Positions 35,544-44,407 of a stretch of 64,000 nt of DNA are shown here, piece after piece. Where the stretch lies: NCBI GenBank assembly GCA_963621975.1, contig CAVFGI010000004.1, positions 16,357 to 80,356 on the forward strand, read 5' to 3'. A program made the position numbers and the translations under genes. Position 1 is the first letter of the stretch, and every line of letters begins with the position of its first letter. Below the pieces are notes generated by a model. It was not told the DNA's origin. It was given only the letters and a program-made list of their open reading frames with translations, and searched no databases. Origin of the DNA: Selenomonadaceae bacterium. Lineage in GTDB: Bacteria > Spirochaetota > Spirochaetia > Sphaerochaetales > Sphaerochaetaceae.

Positions 35544-36244
35544 CAGCGCCCTCCCTGGCTTCCTAAGGTTTCATCATCAAGTAGATGAGAACCATAAACA
35601 TTAATAATTTTTGTATTCCCTCTGAAGTTCTCCCGTGGAGCATTTCTATCGTCAAGATGAACATGCCCATGGAGAAGATATTTTGGCTGATACTTATCAA
35701 TAAAAGATAAAAAACACTTAAACCCTCTATGACAAAGATCTGGACCATCGCCAATGCCAAACGGTGGCGCATGGGTAATAAGGATATCTAAGTACCTACC
35801 ATACTTGCGTTTATTGTACATAAGTTGTGGAATGAGCTTCCACATTCTGTATCGCATTTGGCGTTCTGTATACTGGCTGTCTCCACCATTGTAATTCATA
35901 CTTCCACCAAGGCCGGCAATTAGTAAACCTGACTTCTTATCTCTGTAACACTTTCCATCAATCATAAAACCATAGAATTTTTGATAACCAAGCTCTTGTT
36001 CTTTGTTCTTTATAGATCCCTTAAATAAAGCATCTTCTTTTTTCAAGGCTTTGTTGAAATCCTTCAGATTGTGATTTCCGTAAACATAACAAAGATCTCT
36101 ATTTAGCATTGTGCTTACATAATCGTAGGACTCTAAAGGCATATCTCCACAAGAAAGAATAAGATCTACGTTTTTATAAATCTCCTTTACATTAGCGGAA
36201 AAAGCTAAAGTTCTTGTAGTATCGGAAATGCAAAGTATCCTCAT
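35543..36244 (-). CDS. metallophosphoesterase (calcineurin-like)
   Basis: 233 aa. Motifs ISD, CGDM, GNHN, THAPP and GHVH in canonical order. Confidence 0.8.
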   Translation of the reverse strand: MRILCISDTTRTLAFSANVKEIYKNVDLILSCGDMPLESYDYVSTMLNRDLCYVYGNHNLKDFNKALKKEDALFKGSIKNKEQELGYQKFYGFMIDGKCYRDKKSGLLIAGLGGSMNYNGGDSQYTERQMRYRMWKLIPQLMYNKRKYGRYLDILITHAPPFGIGDGPDLCHRGFKCFLSFIDKYQPKYLLHGHVHLDDRNAPRENFRGNTKIINVYGSHLLDDETLGSQGGR

Positions 36245-36260
36245 AACGGCCCTAACTTTA

Positions 36261-36280
36261 GAGGTTTTTGCAAAAACCTC
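36261..36280. repeat. perfect 20-bp palindrome GAGGTTTTTGCAAAAACCTC (archetype of the dispersed family)
   Basis: Exact self-complement. It lies 17 nt upstream of the metallophosphoesterase ATG, in a divergent intergenic region. Confidence 0.85.
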
Positions 36281-36363
36281 TTCGATAAAATTATATGAAA
36301 GAAATGTGTTTTTTCAATAGACAGAATTTTAAAGAGAATAGAAAATAGAGTTTTGGAGGAGAT

Positions 36364-37308
36364 ATGGCACTTACTATAGTTTTAATTGTTCTTGGCATCT
36401 TTATCATTGTTATGGCAGTTGGAATTGCTTTCTTTATTAAAATGATGTGTAGGCCAAATGTTCATACCCATCAGGAAGGTATGACTACTATGAAAGAATG
36501 TGGTTTTGATTGTGCTGACTTTGAAAACGCACATCCACATGAAGAGTTTTCTTTTAAGTCTCCACGTGGATACACTTTAAAAGGTCTTATTTATAGAAAT
36601 GAGAAAGAAACTGATAATGAAGCCCTGGGCACAAAGCAAAAGGCTGTAATCTTAGTGCATGGCTATACCGGAAGCTATTCTACTATGTATCCATATGCCA
36701 AAATGATGTTTGATTTTGGCTATAATGTCATTGTTTACGACCACAGAGGCCATGGGTATAGTGACAAAGGTAAGAAAGAATTCTGTAGCATGGGATATTT
36801 TGAATCCATGGATTTGATTGACCTGTTCAACTTCATAAAACCACGTTTCAACAAAGACTGTATTTGGGGCATTTTAGGAGAATCAATGGGAGCAGGAACT
36901 GTCATGCAAAGCGCTTGGCAAATAAAAGATCTCTCTTTTGCAATTGAAGACTGTGGCTATTCTTGTATGATGAAACAAGCAAAATCAATCATGAATTCAA
37001 TGCATGTTCCAGCTTTTCCAATGCTCTATCTTGGCAACATAATCATAAAAATGCATTTCAAGTTCTCATTATATGACATCAATGCAATTGAAGCCATGAA
37101 AAAGACAGACATCCCAATGCTCTTTTGTCATGGAGATGCTGACACTTTTGTTCCAACGGCAATGGTTCATGAAGTTTACAATGCAAAAAAAGACAAAAAG
37201 ACCCTACAGCTTTATACAGGCTCCCCTCATGCTCGTAGCTTATTAGACCACACAGAGCAATACTACAAAGTTGTTGAGAAGTTTCTTAGAACCTATAATC
37301 TTATTTGA
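36364..37308 (+). CDS. alpha/beta-fold hydrolase with an N-terminal membrane anchor
   Basis: 314 aa. TM helix LTIVLIVLGIFIIVMAVGIAFFI, HGYTGS oxyanion region, nucleophile elbow GESMG, C-terminal D/H (HGDADTFV ... SPHA). Confidence 0.8.
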   Translation: MALTIVLIVLGIFIIVMAVGIAFFIKMMCRPNVHTHQEGMTTMKECGFDCADFENAHPHEEFSFKSPRGYTLKGLIYRNEKETDNEALGTKQKAVILVHGYTGSYSTMYPYAKMMFDFGYNVIVYDHRGHGYSDKGKKEFCSMGYFESMDLIDLFNFIKPRFNKDCIWGILGESMGAGTVMQSAWQIKDLSFAIEDCGYSCMMKQAKSIMNSMHVPAFPMLYLGNIIIKMHFKFSLYDINAIEAMKKTDIPMLFCHGDADTFVPTAMVHEVYNAKKDKKTLQLYTGSPHARSLLDHTEQYYKVVEKFLRTYNLI

Positions 37309-40240
37309 GCTTTTTCCAAGAAACTACAAACTTAATCTCATAGTCTTGCTTTGCCTTAAAACAATGTTCCTTTAGTGTGTATGGGCCACAACTTCCTGTT
37401 CCTATGCCCTGTTGGAAAGCACTTAGAGTAACATATGTTCCTGTAGTCTTTTCATCACTTTGGTGTTTCATTTCTGTGAGCTCTAGGTCAGAGTATGGTT
37501 TGACTCCAAGATTAAAAGGTTTACCCACAGCATCAAAGCGCACCAAGGTTGTCTTGTTACTTACTTCAACAAATGTTGTGTCACATCTATTTCCACTTTC
37601 TTGAGGACGAATATTAGGTTCTGTCATTTCCTTGGTTGCTCTTTCATTTAAACATATTGGACTTTGTTCTTTCATATCCTCATAAGATTCAAGAGCTCTT
37701 CCAAACCAACGCACCTTATTAAAGGATGCATCAAACTTGAAGGTTTTTCCAAATCTTGGAAGATAACCTTTAACGCTAACTGGATGCAAAATACTTGTTA
37801 CTAAAACAGCGTTGTCAAAACCTTCTGGGGCCTGACAAGCCTCATATGTATCCACATTTAGGAACCTGTTTCCAGCATCTTTAATTGAGCTCATTACAAT
37901 AAGCGGAGTTTTCCTAATATTCCCTTGCTCTATAAGTTCAGTGGTTTCTTTATACCACTTCAGCATTGGATTTTTTCTTAGAAGTGGCTTGTCGTTGTCC
38001 GTTGAAGCTCTAAACAGAATTGTATACGGACAGCCTGAAATCATAGTATTAGAGCCAAAACTAAATGAGACATTCCCATTTAAGACATCAAAACCTTCAG
38101 GAAATTTCTCTACAATTTTGGGGCAAGGAAGACTTTGTGCCTTTAACTGAATTTGTTCTTGCCCAACTTCCTCTCCGTTTTTGTTGTAGGTGGTAAAAAG
38201 AATAAAGGTGCAATCTTTTACTTCAAAGTTGGCTCTGATTTTTTGAAGAGGCTCAACATTTGGAATAAATTCAAAAGCCTTGTTATCATCTATCTTAACT
38301 AGTATTTTGAATTCATTGCCATTAGTAAACGCTGTAGTATTGAAGATTTCAAACTCGTTGTCTTTTATGTGAGAAACTCTAATTGGCCTATAGGTATGTC
38401 TTACAAGATAAGCACCTGTTGAAGGACGTCTGTCTGGATAGAAAATTCCATCAACACAGAAATTACCATCATGAATCCATTCTCCATGGTCTCCACCGTA
38501 GGTATAGCTTCCATCTTCATGGAGAACTGCATGATCTACCATTTCCCAAACACAACCACCAATTAAGCTGTCATACTTGTAAATCTGCTGCCAATAGCCT
38601 TCAATGTTTCCCGGGCCCACTCCCATTGCATGAGCATACTCACAAAGAAAATAAGGTCTATCATTAAACTGTTTTGTTTTGCTTGTTCCCTCACCTGCAG
38701 CCTTAACGTCCACAACAGGCGGATACATTTGGCTGGCCACGTCATAGGCTTTCCGTTTTGCATGAACCACACTTTCATAGTGCACTGGAATTTTACTTAC
38801 GCTCTTAAAATACTGGTACATTGCAAATGTATTACAGCCATCTCCAGATTCATTTCCAAGGCTCCACATTACAATAGGAGTTGAAAGAAGTTTGTCTCTA
38901 TTGTAGTGTCTGACCGCTCTATCTACATAGTGAGATTTCCATGCTGGATTATTAGAAAGCCAATTCATTGAAGTTGGTAATCTATGAACATAAACTCCAT
39001 GTGTTTCTAAATCAACTTCATCCACAATGTACAAGCCATATTCGGCTGCAAGTTCTAGCAACAATGGGTCTGGTGCATAGTGAGAAGTTCTGACAGTATC
39101 AATATTGAATTTCTTACAAAGCTTAAGATCCATATCAATGTCAGAAGGACTCATCACATATCCGTTCTTTGGATTTGTATCATGATGATTCACCCCGTGA
39201 AATTTAATTTTATGTCCATTTAAAAGAAACAATCGCTTGTCTATTTTTACTGTTTTAAAACCAATCCTTTGCTTTATACAGCTGTCTTTTGTCTCTATAT
39301 AGAGATCATAAAGAGTGGGTTTTTCTGCATTCCATTCTATAGCTTTAATGCTCTTAAATTCAAATATGGCCTTATTTTCTTGAGCTATAGCAGTGTGATA
39401 AACCATTGTTTCATTTCCTTCCAAAGAAACTTTAATTTCAAGCTCTCCAGAAGTTTCAACTACAACAGTAGCATTGTACAAGCCCGTAGATTCATCTTTT
39501 GCTGTTGTAAAATCTATGTCCCAAATATCACAAAGATTGGAAGTTCTAAGAAGTACATCTCTAAATATTCCTGTGTTTCTGAACATATCTTGGCATTCAA
39601 GGTATGTGCCATTACACCATCTTCTTACAACACATACTAGCTCATTTTTTCCTTCATGAATGAATGAAGTAATATCAAATTCTGCTGTGTTGTGAGACTC
39701 TTCAGAATATCCTACAAAAGAACCGTTTACATGGACTTCAATGCAGCTCATCACTCCTAAGAAAGATAGAATATAACGCTTTGCTGTGTTGGCTATATCA
39801 AAGAAAGTTCTATATACTCCTGCGTGGTTGTATTCCCCTTCTGGTGCATGCTTAAAGCCATCAAGAACGCTGAAATATTCTCCAACTGGTTTTGTTGTAG
39901 GAACTACAGGTGGATTATATTTAAACGGATATCTCAGATTAAGGTAGGCAGGTTTCCCGTAACCTCTAAACTGCCAGCAGGAAGGAACATCCAATTTGTC
40001 AAATTTCATGGATTCTGTATCAATACTAGAAGCAAGGTCATTTGGATTTTCATAATAGGCAAAATCCCATATTCCATTGAGAACTTTCACGTATGGTGAT
40101 TTATATCGCTTTTCTAGTAGAGAAACTTCGTTTGCCTGATCCCTATTAGCAAAGGGAATAAAATAACTTCTTGGCTTGAGTTTATTGATCTCAAAAACGT
40201 TAAAATCTCCGCATAGGTTATTATGAAGTTCGTAGCGCAT
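37301..40240 (-). CDS. lacZ: beta-galactosidase, glycoside hydrolase family 2
   Basis: 979 aa. WSLGNESG (acid/base Glu) and FLCEYAHAMG (nucleophile Glu) match LacZ signatures, plus a C-terminal small-chain domain. The 3' end overlaps the convergent hydrolase gene by 8 nt. Confidence 0.9.
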   Translation of the reverse strand: MRYELHNNLCGDFNVFEINKLKPRSYFIPFANRDQANEVSLLEKRYKSPYVKVLNGIWDFAYYENPNDLASSIDTESMKFDKLDVPSCWQFRGYGKPAYLNLRYPFKYNPPVVPTTKPVGEYFSVLDGFKHAPEGEYNHAGVYRTFFDIANTAKRYILSFLGVMSCIEVHVNGSFVGYSEESHNTAEFDITSFIHEGKNELVCVVRRWCNGTYLECQDMFRNTGIFRDVLLRTSNLCDIWDIDFTTAKDESTGLYNATVVVETSGELEIKVSLEGNETMVYHTAIAQENKAIFEFKSIKAIEWNAEKPTLYDLYIETKDSCIKQRIGFKTVKIDKRLFLLNGHKIKFHGVNHHDTNPKNGYVMSPSDIDMDLKLCKKFNIDTVRTSHYAPDPLLLELAAEYGLYIVDEVDLETHGVYVHRLPTSMNWLSNNPAWKSHYVDRAVRHYNRDKLLSTPIVMWSLGNESGDGCNTFAMYQYFKSVSKIPVHYESVVHAKRKAYDVASQMYPPVVDVKAAGEGTSKTKQFNDRPYFLCEYAHAMGVGPGNIEGYWQQIYKYDSLIGGCVWEMVDHAVLHEDGSYTYGGDHGEWIHDGNFCVDGIFYPDRRPSTGAYLVRHTYRPIRVSHIKDNEFEIFNTTAFTNGNEFKILVKIDDNKAFEFIPNVEPLQKIRANFEVKDCTFILFTTYNKNGEEVGQEQIQLKAQSLPCPKIVEKFPEGFDVLNGNVSFSFGSNTMISGCPYTILFRASTDNDKPLLRKNPMLKWYKETTELIEQGNIRKTPLIVMSSIKDAGNRFLNVDTYEACQAPEGFDNAVLVTSILHPVSVKGYLPRFGKTFKFDASFNKVRWFGRALESYEDMKEQSPICLNERATKEMTEPNIRPQESGNRCDTTFVEVSNKTTLVRFDAVGKPFNLGVKPYSDLELTEMKHQSDEKTTGTYVTLSAFQQGIGTGSCGPYTLKEHCFKAKQDYEIKFVVSWKKLK

Positions 40241-40284
40241 GCAAAACCTTCTTTATATCGTCTATGTATATAATACCTCCATTC

Positions 40285-40313
40285 TTGAATATGGTCATTT
40301 GTTTTGAGATAAT
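40285..40313 (+). promoter_or_regulatory. putative thyA promoter TTGAAT-N17-GATAAT
   Basis: Hexamers at 40285-40290 and 40308-40313, 24 nt upstream of the ATG. Confidence 0.45.
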
Positions 40314-40337
40314 CTTAAAGACATCGGGGTAAAAAAG

Positions 40338-41168
40338 ATGAGCAGAGCAGATAAAATTTTTGTGGAAAATATTAAAGATATCTTGGAAAATGGGTTCTCA
40401 GATGCAAACTTAGAGGTACGTCCTCATTGGAGTGATGGCACCCCCGCTCATACAATCAAGAAATTTGGGATTGTAAACAGATATAACTTGCAAGAAGAAT
40501 TTCCAATTCTGACAGTACGACGAACGTACATGAAATCTGCTATTGATGAGCTTTTGTGGATTTGGCAGAAGAAATCGAACAAAATTAGCGAGCTCAAAAC
40601 GCATGTTTGGGACAGCTGGGCAGATGAAGAAGGTACTATTGGCAAGGCTTATGGATACCAACTGGGAATTAAGCACAAGTATGCAGAGGGAGAATTCGAC
40701 CAAGTAGATAGAGTTTTGTATGATTTAAAGCACAATCCTCAAAGCCGAAGAATTCTCACAAATATTTACAATTTCCAGGATTTACATGAGATGAGACTTT
40801 ACCCATGTGCATACTCAATGACCTTCAATGTTAGTGGAAATGTGCTTAATGGAATACTAAATCAAAGGTCGCAAGACATGCTAACTGCAAATAACTGGAA
40901 TTTGGTGCAATATAGCGTGCTTTTGTATATGATGGCTCAGGTAAGTGGCCTTGTCCCGGGTGAACTTATTCATGTTATTGCAGATGCACACATCTATGAC
41001 AGGCATATTCCAATTGTTCAGGAAATACTTGAACATGATCAGTATCCAGCCCCCAAGTTCATCATAAATAAAGACAAAAAAGATTTTTACAGTTTCACTG
41101 CAGATGATTTCAAACTAGAAAATTATCAATATTGCAAAAAGAAGTACAATATCCCAGTTGCCATCTAA
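40338..41168 (+). CDS. thyA: thymidylate synthase (ThyA)
   Basis: 276 aa. RRILTNIYNFQDLHEMRLYPCAYSMTFNV (catalytic Cys), LNQRSQD and DAHIYDRH motifs. Confidence 0.95.
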   Translation: MSRADKIFVENIKDILENGFSDANLEVRPHWSDGTPAHTIKKFGIVNRYNLQEEFPILTVRRTYMKSAIDELLWIWQKKSNKISELKTHVWDSWADEEGTIGKAYGYQLGIKHKYAEGEFDQVDRVLYDLKHNPQSRRILTNIYNFQDLHEMRLYPCAYSMTFNVSGNVLNGILNQRSQDMLTANNWNLVQYSVLLYMMAQVSGLVPGELIHVIADAHIYDRHIPIVQEILEHDQYPAPKFIINKDKKDFYSFTADDFKLENYQYCKKKYNIPVAI

Positions 41169-41196
41169 TGAGCAAAAAAATAGGAGGAAATACACG

Positions 41197-42690
41197 ATGC
41201 AGGCTATTCTTCACTGTGACAGTAAATGGGGCATTGGCAAAGGTAATGACCTTATGTTTAAGCTTCCTAAAGATATGAATTTCTTTAAAACACAAACAAC
41301 TGGAAAAGTTGTTGTGATGGGATCAAATACTCTTTTGTCCTTTCCAAACGGAAAACCATTGAAAAATAGAACCAATATTGTGCTTTGGCCAAATTGCCCA
41401 GAAGCAAAAGAAAAAGCAAAGAAAGACAATTTTATTTTGGTCGAATCTCTGCTTGATTTAGCTTTTGAGATTGCAAAATATCCTTCAGAGGATGTCTTTG
41501 TAATTGGCGGAGCAATGATGTATCACACTTTACTTCCCTATTGTGATAAAGTTCTTCTAACTAAAGTTAAAGAAGATGGTGGGGCACAAGTTTTTTTTGA
41601 TAACTTAGACAAACTTGCAAACTGGAAACAAACATATACTTCTGATGAACAAGAAGATAACGGCCATATAATCCAATTCACTACATATGAAAACAGCTCT
41701 GTTAAAAGTCTTGCATCTCTTGGCTTTGATGCAGTTCTACAAGAAATAAAAAATTTTGACACCATAATTATACATAGGCATACAAAACCGGATGGAGATG
41801 CTATGGGAAGCCAAATTGGCCTTAAAAATATTATCAAAGCAAACTTTCCAGAAAAGAAAGTTTTTGTGGTTGGCGATCTTTCTTCTCGGTTTGCTTTTAT
41901 CAAAGACTCCCAAATGGATACAATACCAGATAGCACCTATGATAACGCTCTTGCAATTATCCTAGATTGCTCTGCCTCCTCTCTTGTTAATGACAGTAGA
42001 TACACAAAAGCAAAGAAAACACTCTCTGTAGATCATCATCTCTTTTGTGAAAAAATAGCAGATGTTGCAGTGATGGATTCTTCTTATGAAAGTTGTTGTG
42101 GAATGATTACAGACTTTGCAAAAGAATGTTCACTAGATGTCCCAGTTTTGGCAGCTGAAGCACTTTTTACTGGCATGGTTACAGACTCAGGCCGTTTTAA
42201 GTACGACAGTACAAGTTCTAGGACATTTGAACTTGCAGCCTTCTTGAGAAAAAGAAACTTTGATATTTCTGAAATTTATAACAATCTATATAAAGAAGAT
42301 TTTGTCTATACCCTTAATAAAGCCAAGTTCATTCTTAAAGTTAAGTTTACAAAAAACAGTGTTGCTTACATCTACACCACAAAAGAAGAACTCAAAGAAC
42401 TTGATCTTGATGCTCTAACGGTAGCGAGAGCCTATGTAAATGTCATGAGTGACGTCAAAAATGTAGATATTTGGGTAAACTTTGCTGAATACACAGATAA
42501 CAGCATTGCCTGTGAGCTCAGATCCTCAAATTTTAACATAAACCCTATTGCCGTCAAATATGGCGGGGGTGGCCATGCAAAAGCTAGTGGAGCTACAGTA
42601 AAAGATAAAGCTACTGCTATGCAAATACTTGAAGATTTAGATAAAATGATGGATTCAAAAACAATTTCCAAGACGGAGCAAAGAACATGA
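41197..42690 (+). CDS. folA: fusion protein: dihydrofolate reductase (N-terminal ~170 aa) + DHH/DHHA1 phosphoesterase (NrnA-like)
   Basis: Preferred start is ATG 41197 after TAGGAGGA. DHFR part: WGIGKGNDLMFKLPKDMNFFKTQTTGKVVVMGSNT...VFVIGGAMMYHTLL. The same frame continues into IIIHRHTKPDGDAMGS, DCS, VDHH and GGGHAKASGA (DHH and DHHA1 motifs). Confidence 0.8.
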   Translation: MQAILHCDSKWGIGKGNDLMFKLPKDMNFFKTQTTGKVVVMGSNTLLSFPNGKPLKNRTNIVLWPNCPEAKEKAKKDNFILVESLLDLAFEIAKYPSEDVFVIGGAMMYHTLLPYCDKVLLTKVKEDGGAQVFFDNLDKLANWKQTYTSDEQEDNGHIIQFTTYENSSVKSLASLGFDAVLQEIKNFDTIIIHRHTKPDGDAMGSQIGLKNIIKANFPEKKVFVVGDLSSRFAFIKDSQMDTIPDSTYDNALAIILDCSASSLVNDSRYTKAKKTLSVDHHLFCEKIADVAVMDSSYESCCGMITDFAKECSLDVPVLAAEALFTGMVTDSGRFKYDSTSSRTFELAAFLRKRNFDISEIYNNLYKEDFVYTLNKAKFILKVKFTKNSVAYIYTTKEELKELDLDALTVARAYVNVMSDVKNVDIWVNFAEYTDNSIACELRSSNFNINPIAVKYGGGGHAKASGATVKDKATAMQILEDLDKMMDSKTISKTEQRT

Positions 42691-43670
42691 GAGGACTTGA
42701 AGCAAAAAAGGCAGTACTAAAAAAAATCAAACAATACGACAAAATAATTATCTCAAGGCATATCCGTCCAGATGGAGATGCTATTGGCTCAACAAAAGGC
42801 TTATGCACAGCTCTTAAACTCTCTTTTCCTAATAAAGACATAAGAGTCATCAATGATGATAGTTCCGAATACTTAGCATTCTTAGGCCCTGAAGACGAAC
42901 AGGTTTCAGAAAACTTTTATAATGACGCCCTTGCAATGGTTTTAGACACAGCAAATCTTGATAGAGTCTCTAATAAGAAATTACATCTAGCCAAAGAGAT
43001 TATCAAGATTGACCATCATATTGAAGTTGAATCTTATGGGACTGTTTCTTGGGTTGAAGATGAAAGATCCTCTGTTTGCGAAATGATTGCAGATTTTCTT
43101 TACACTTACAAAGAAGAACTAAAGTGCAATACGGAAGTAGCAACCTACATTTTTACAGGCCTAGTCACCGATTCCGGCCGTTTTAAATTCAAGGAAACAA
43201 ACAGCGAGACCTTCAAACTTGCAGGCTGGCTTCTTGGCTTTGGCGTAGACACAGAAACCTTATATGCCCACTTATATTTAGAAGACTACAGTTTTTACAA
43301 ATTCAAGGCATCCATACTTGAAAACATGAACATCACTGAACACGGAGTTGCATACACTTACGTAGACAAGGCCATGCAAGAACGCTTTAATCTCTCCCGA
43401 GAACAAGCCAGCGACAGCGTGAACTTTATGGACAAAATCAAAGGAAGCTTAATTTGGCTAGCCTTCATTGACAATCCCGATAACACAGTACGTGTCAGAC
43501 TGAGATCTAGATTTGTAACTATTAATAAACTTGCAGAAAAGTATCATGGGGGTGGACATGCCTGTGCTTCAGGCGCTACAGTTTACAACCCAGAAGAAAT
43601 GAAAAGTTTAATTAATGATGCAGATACTTTGCTTGCTTCTTACAAATCAAACAATAAAGGGTGGTTATAA
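42687..43670 (+). CDS. nrnA: DHH-family phosphoesterase (NrnA-like oligoribonuclease/pAp phosphatase), stand-alone paralogue
   Basis: 327 aa. ISRHIRPDGDAIGS, LDTA, IDHHI, GGGHACASGA. 4-nt ATGA overlap with the fusion gene. Confidence 0.8.
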   Translation: MRGLEAKKAVLKKIKQYDKIIISRHIRPDGDAIGSTKGLCTALKLSFPNKDIRVINDDSSEYLAFLGPEDEQVSENFYNDALAMVLDTANLDRVSNKKLHLAKEIIKIDHHIEVESYGTVSWVEDERSSVCEMIADFLYTYKEELKCNTEVATYIFTGLVTDSGRFKFKETNSETFKLAGWLLGFGVDTETLYAHLYLEDYSFYKFKASILENMNITEHGVAYTYVDKAMQERFNLSREQASDSVNFMDKIKGSLIWLAFIDNPDNTVRVRLRSRFVTINKLAEKYHGGGHACASGATVYNPEEMKSLINDADTLLASYKSNNKGWL

Positions 43671-43672
43671 AA

Positions 43673-44407
43673 ATGAATATTTTAATTACAAATGATGATG
43701 GATATAAATCTGAAGGCCTAATAATTTTAGCCCAATGGGCTAAGAAATTAGGCACAGTAACAGTTGCTGCACCAAAAACAGAACAAAGTGGCAAAAGCCA
43801 TAGTATTGAATTACACAAACCTTATGAAGCAAAGAAAGTTGATGTTATTGAAGGCATTGATTGGTACTATGTAGACTCCACCCCGGCAGATTGCGTTAGA
43901 TTTGGTTTTAATGGCCTAAAACGCAACTATGACATGGTTTTTTCAGGCATTAACCGCGGATTAAACCTTGGAGAGGACATTTCTTACTCCGGAACAGTAG
44001 GTGCAATCTTTGAAGCAGCCTACATGGGAGTCAAGGGTTTAGCTTTCTCAACAGACCCAGAATCCTTTGATGCGGCAAAAGCAAACCTAGATAAAGTTTA
44101 CGACTTCATCACAAGAAATGAATTATTAAAATACAATGATCTCTATAACATAAACATCCCACTTATTCCTCATGATGAGATTCTTGTAACAAAACAAGGG
44201 GGTCCTTACTTCAAAGATAGGTTCCATCATATTGGAAACGATGTATATGAGGTTGAGGGTTATTCTGTTTATAAAGGAGCAGAAAACTACAGTGAAGACT
44301 TAGATGCTACGCTTAATGGCTACACATCAATCTCCCCACTTACAGCATCAAGCAATTGTGATTGTGCTTTTGAAGCAATAAAGCATCTGAACCACAAAAT
44401 AGATTAA
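43673..44407 (+). CDS. surE: 5'/3'-nucleotidase SurE
   Basis: MNILITNDDGYKSEGL is the canonical SurE N-terminus, plus SGINRGLNLGEDISYSGTVGA. The track start GTG 43661 is rejected in favour of ATG 43673. Confidence 0.9.
   Translation: MNILITNDDGYKSEGLIILAQWAKKLGTVTVAAPKTEQSGKSHSIELHKPYEAKKVDVIEGIDWYYVDSTPADCVRFGFNGLKRNYDMVFSGINRGLNLGEDISYSGTVGAIFEAAYMGVKGLAFSTDPESFDAAKANLDKVYDFITRNELLKYNDLYNINIPLIPHDEILVTKQGGPYFKDRFHHIGNDVYEVEGYSVYKGAENYSEDLDATLNGYTSISPLTASSNCDCAFEAIKHLNHKID

Noticed and set aside
34567-37308. Genomic island integrated at tRNA-Ala
   Set aside because: No integrase is present. I could find no direct repeat of the tRNA 3' end, and the neighbouring genes are ordinary metabolic or hypothetical genes.
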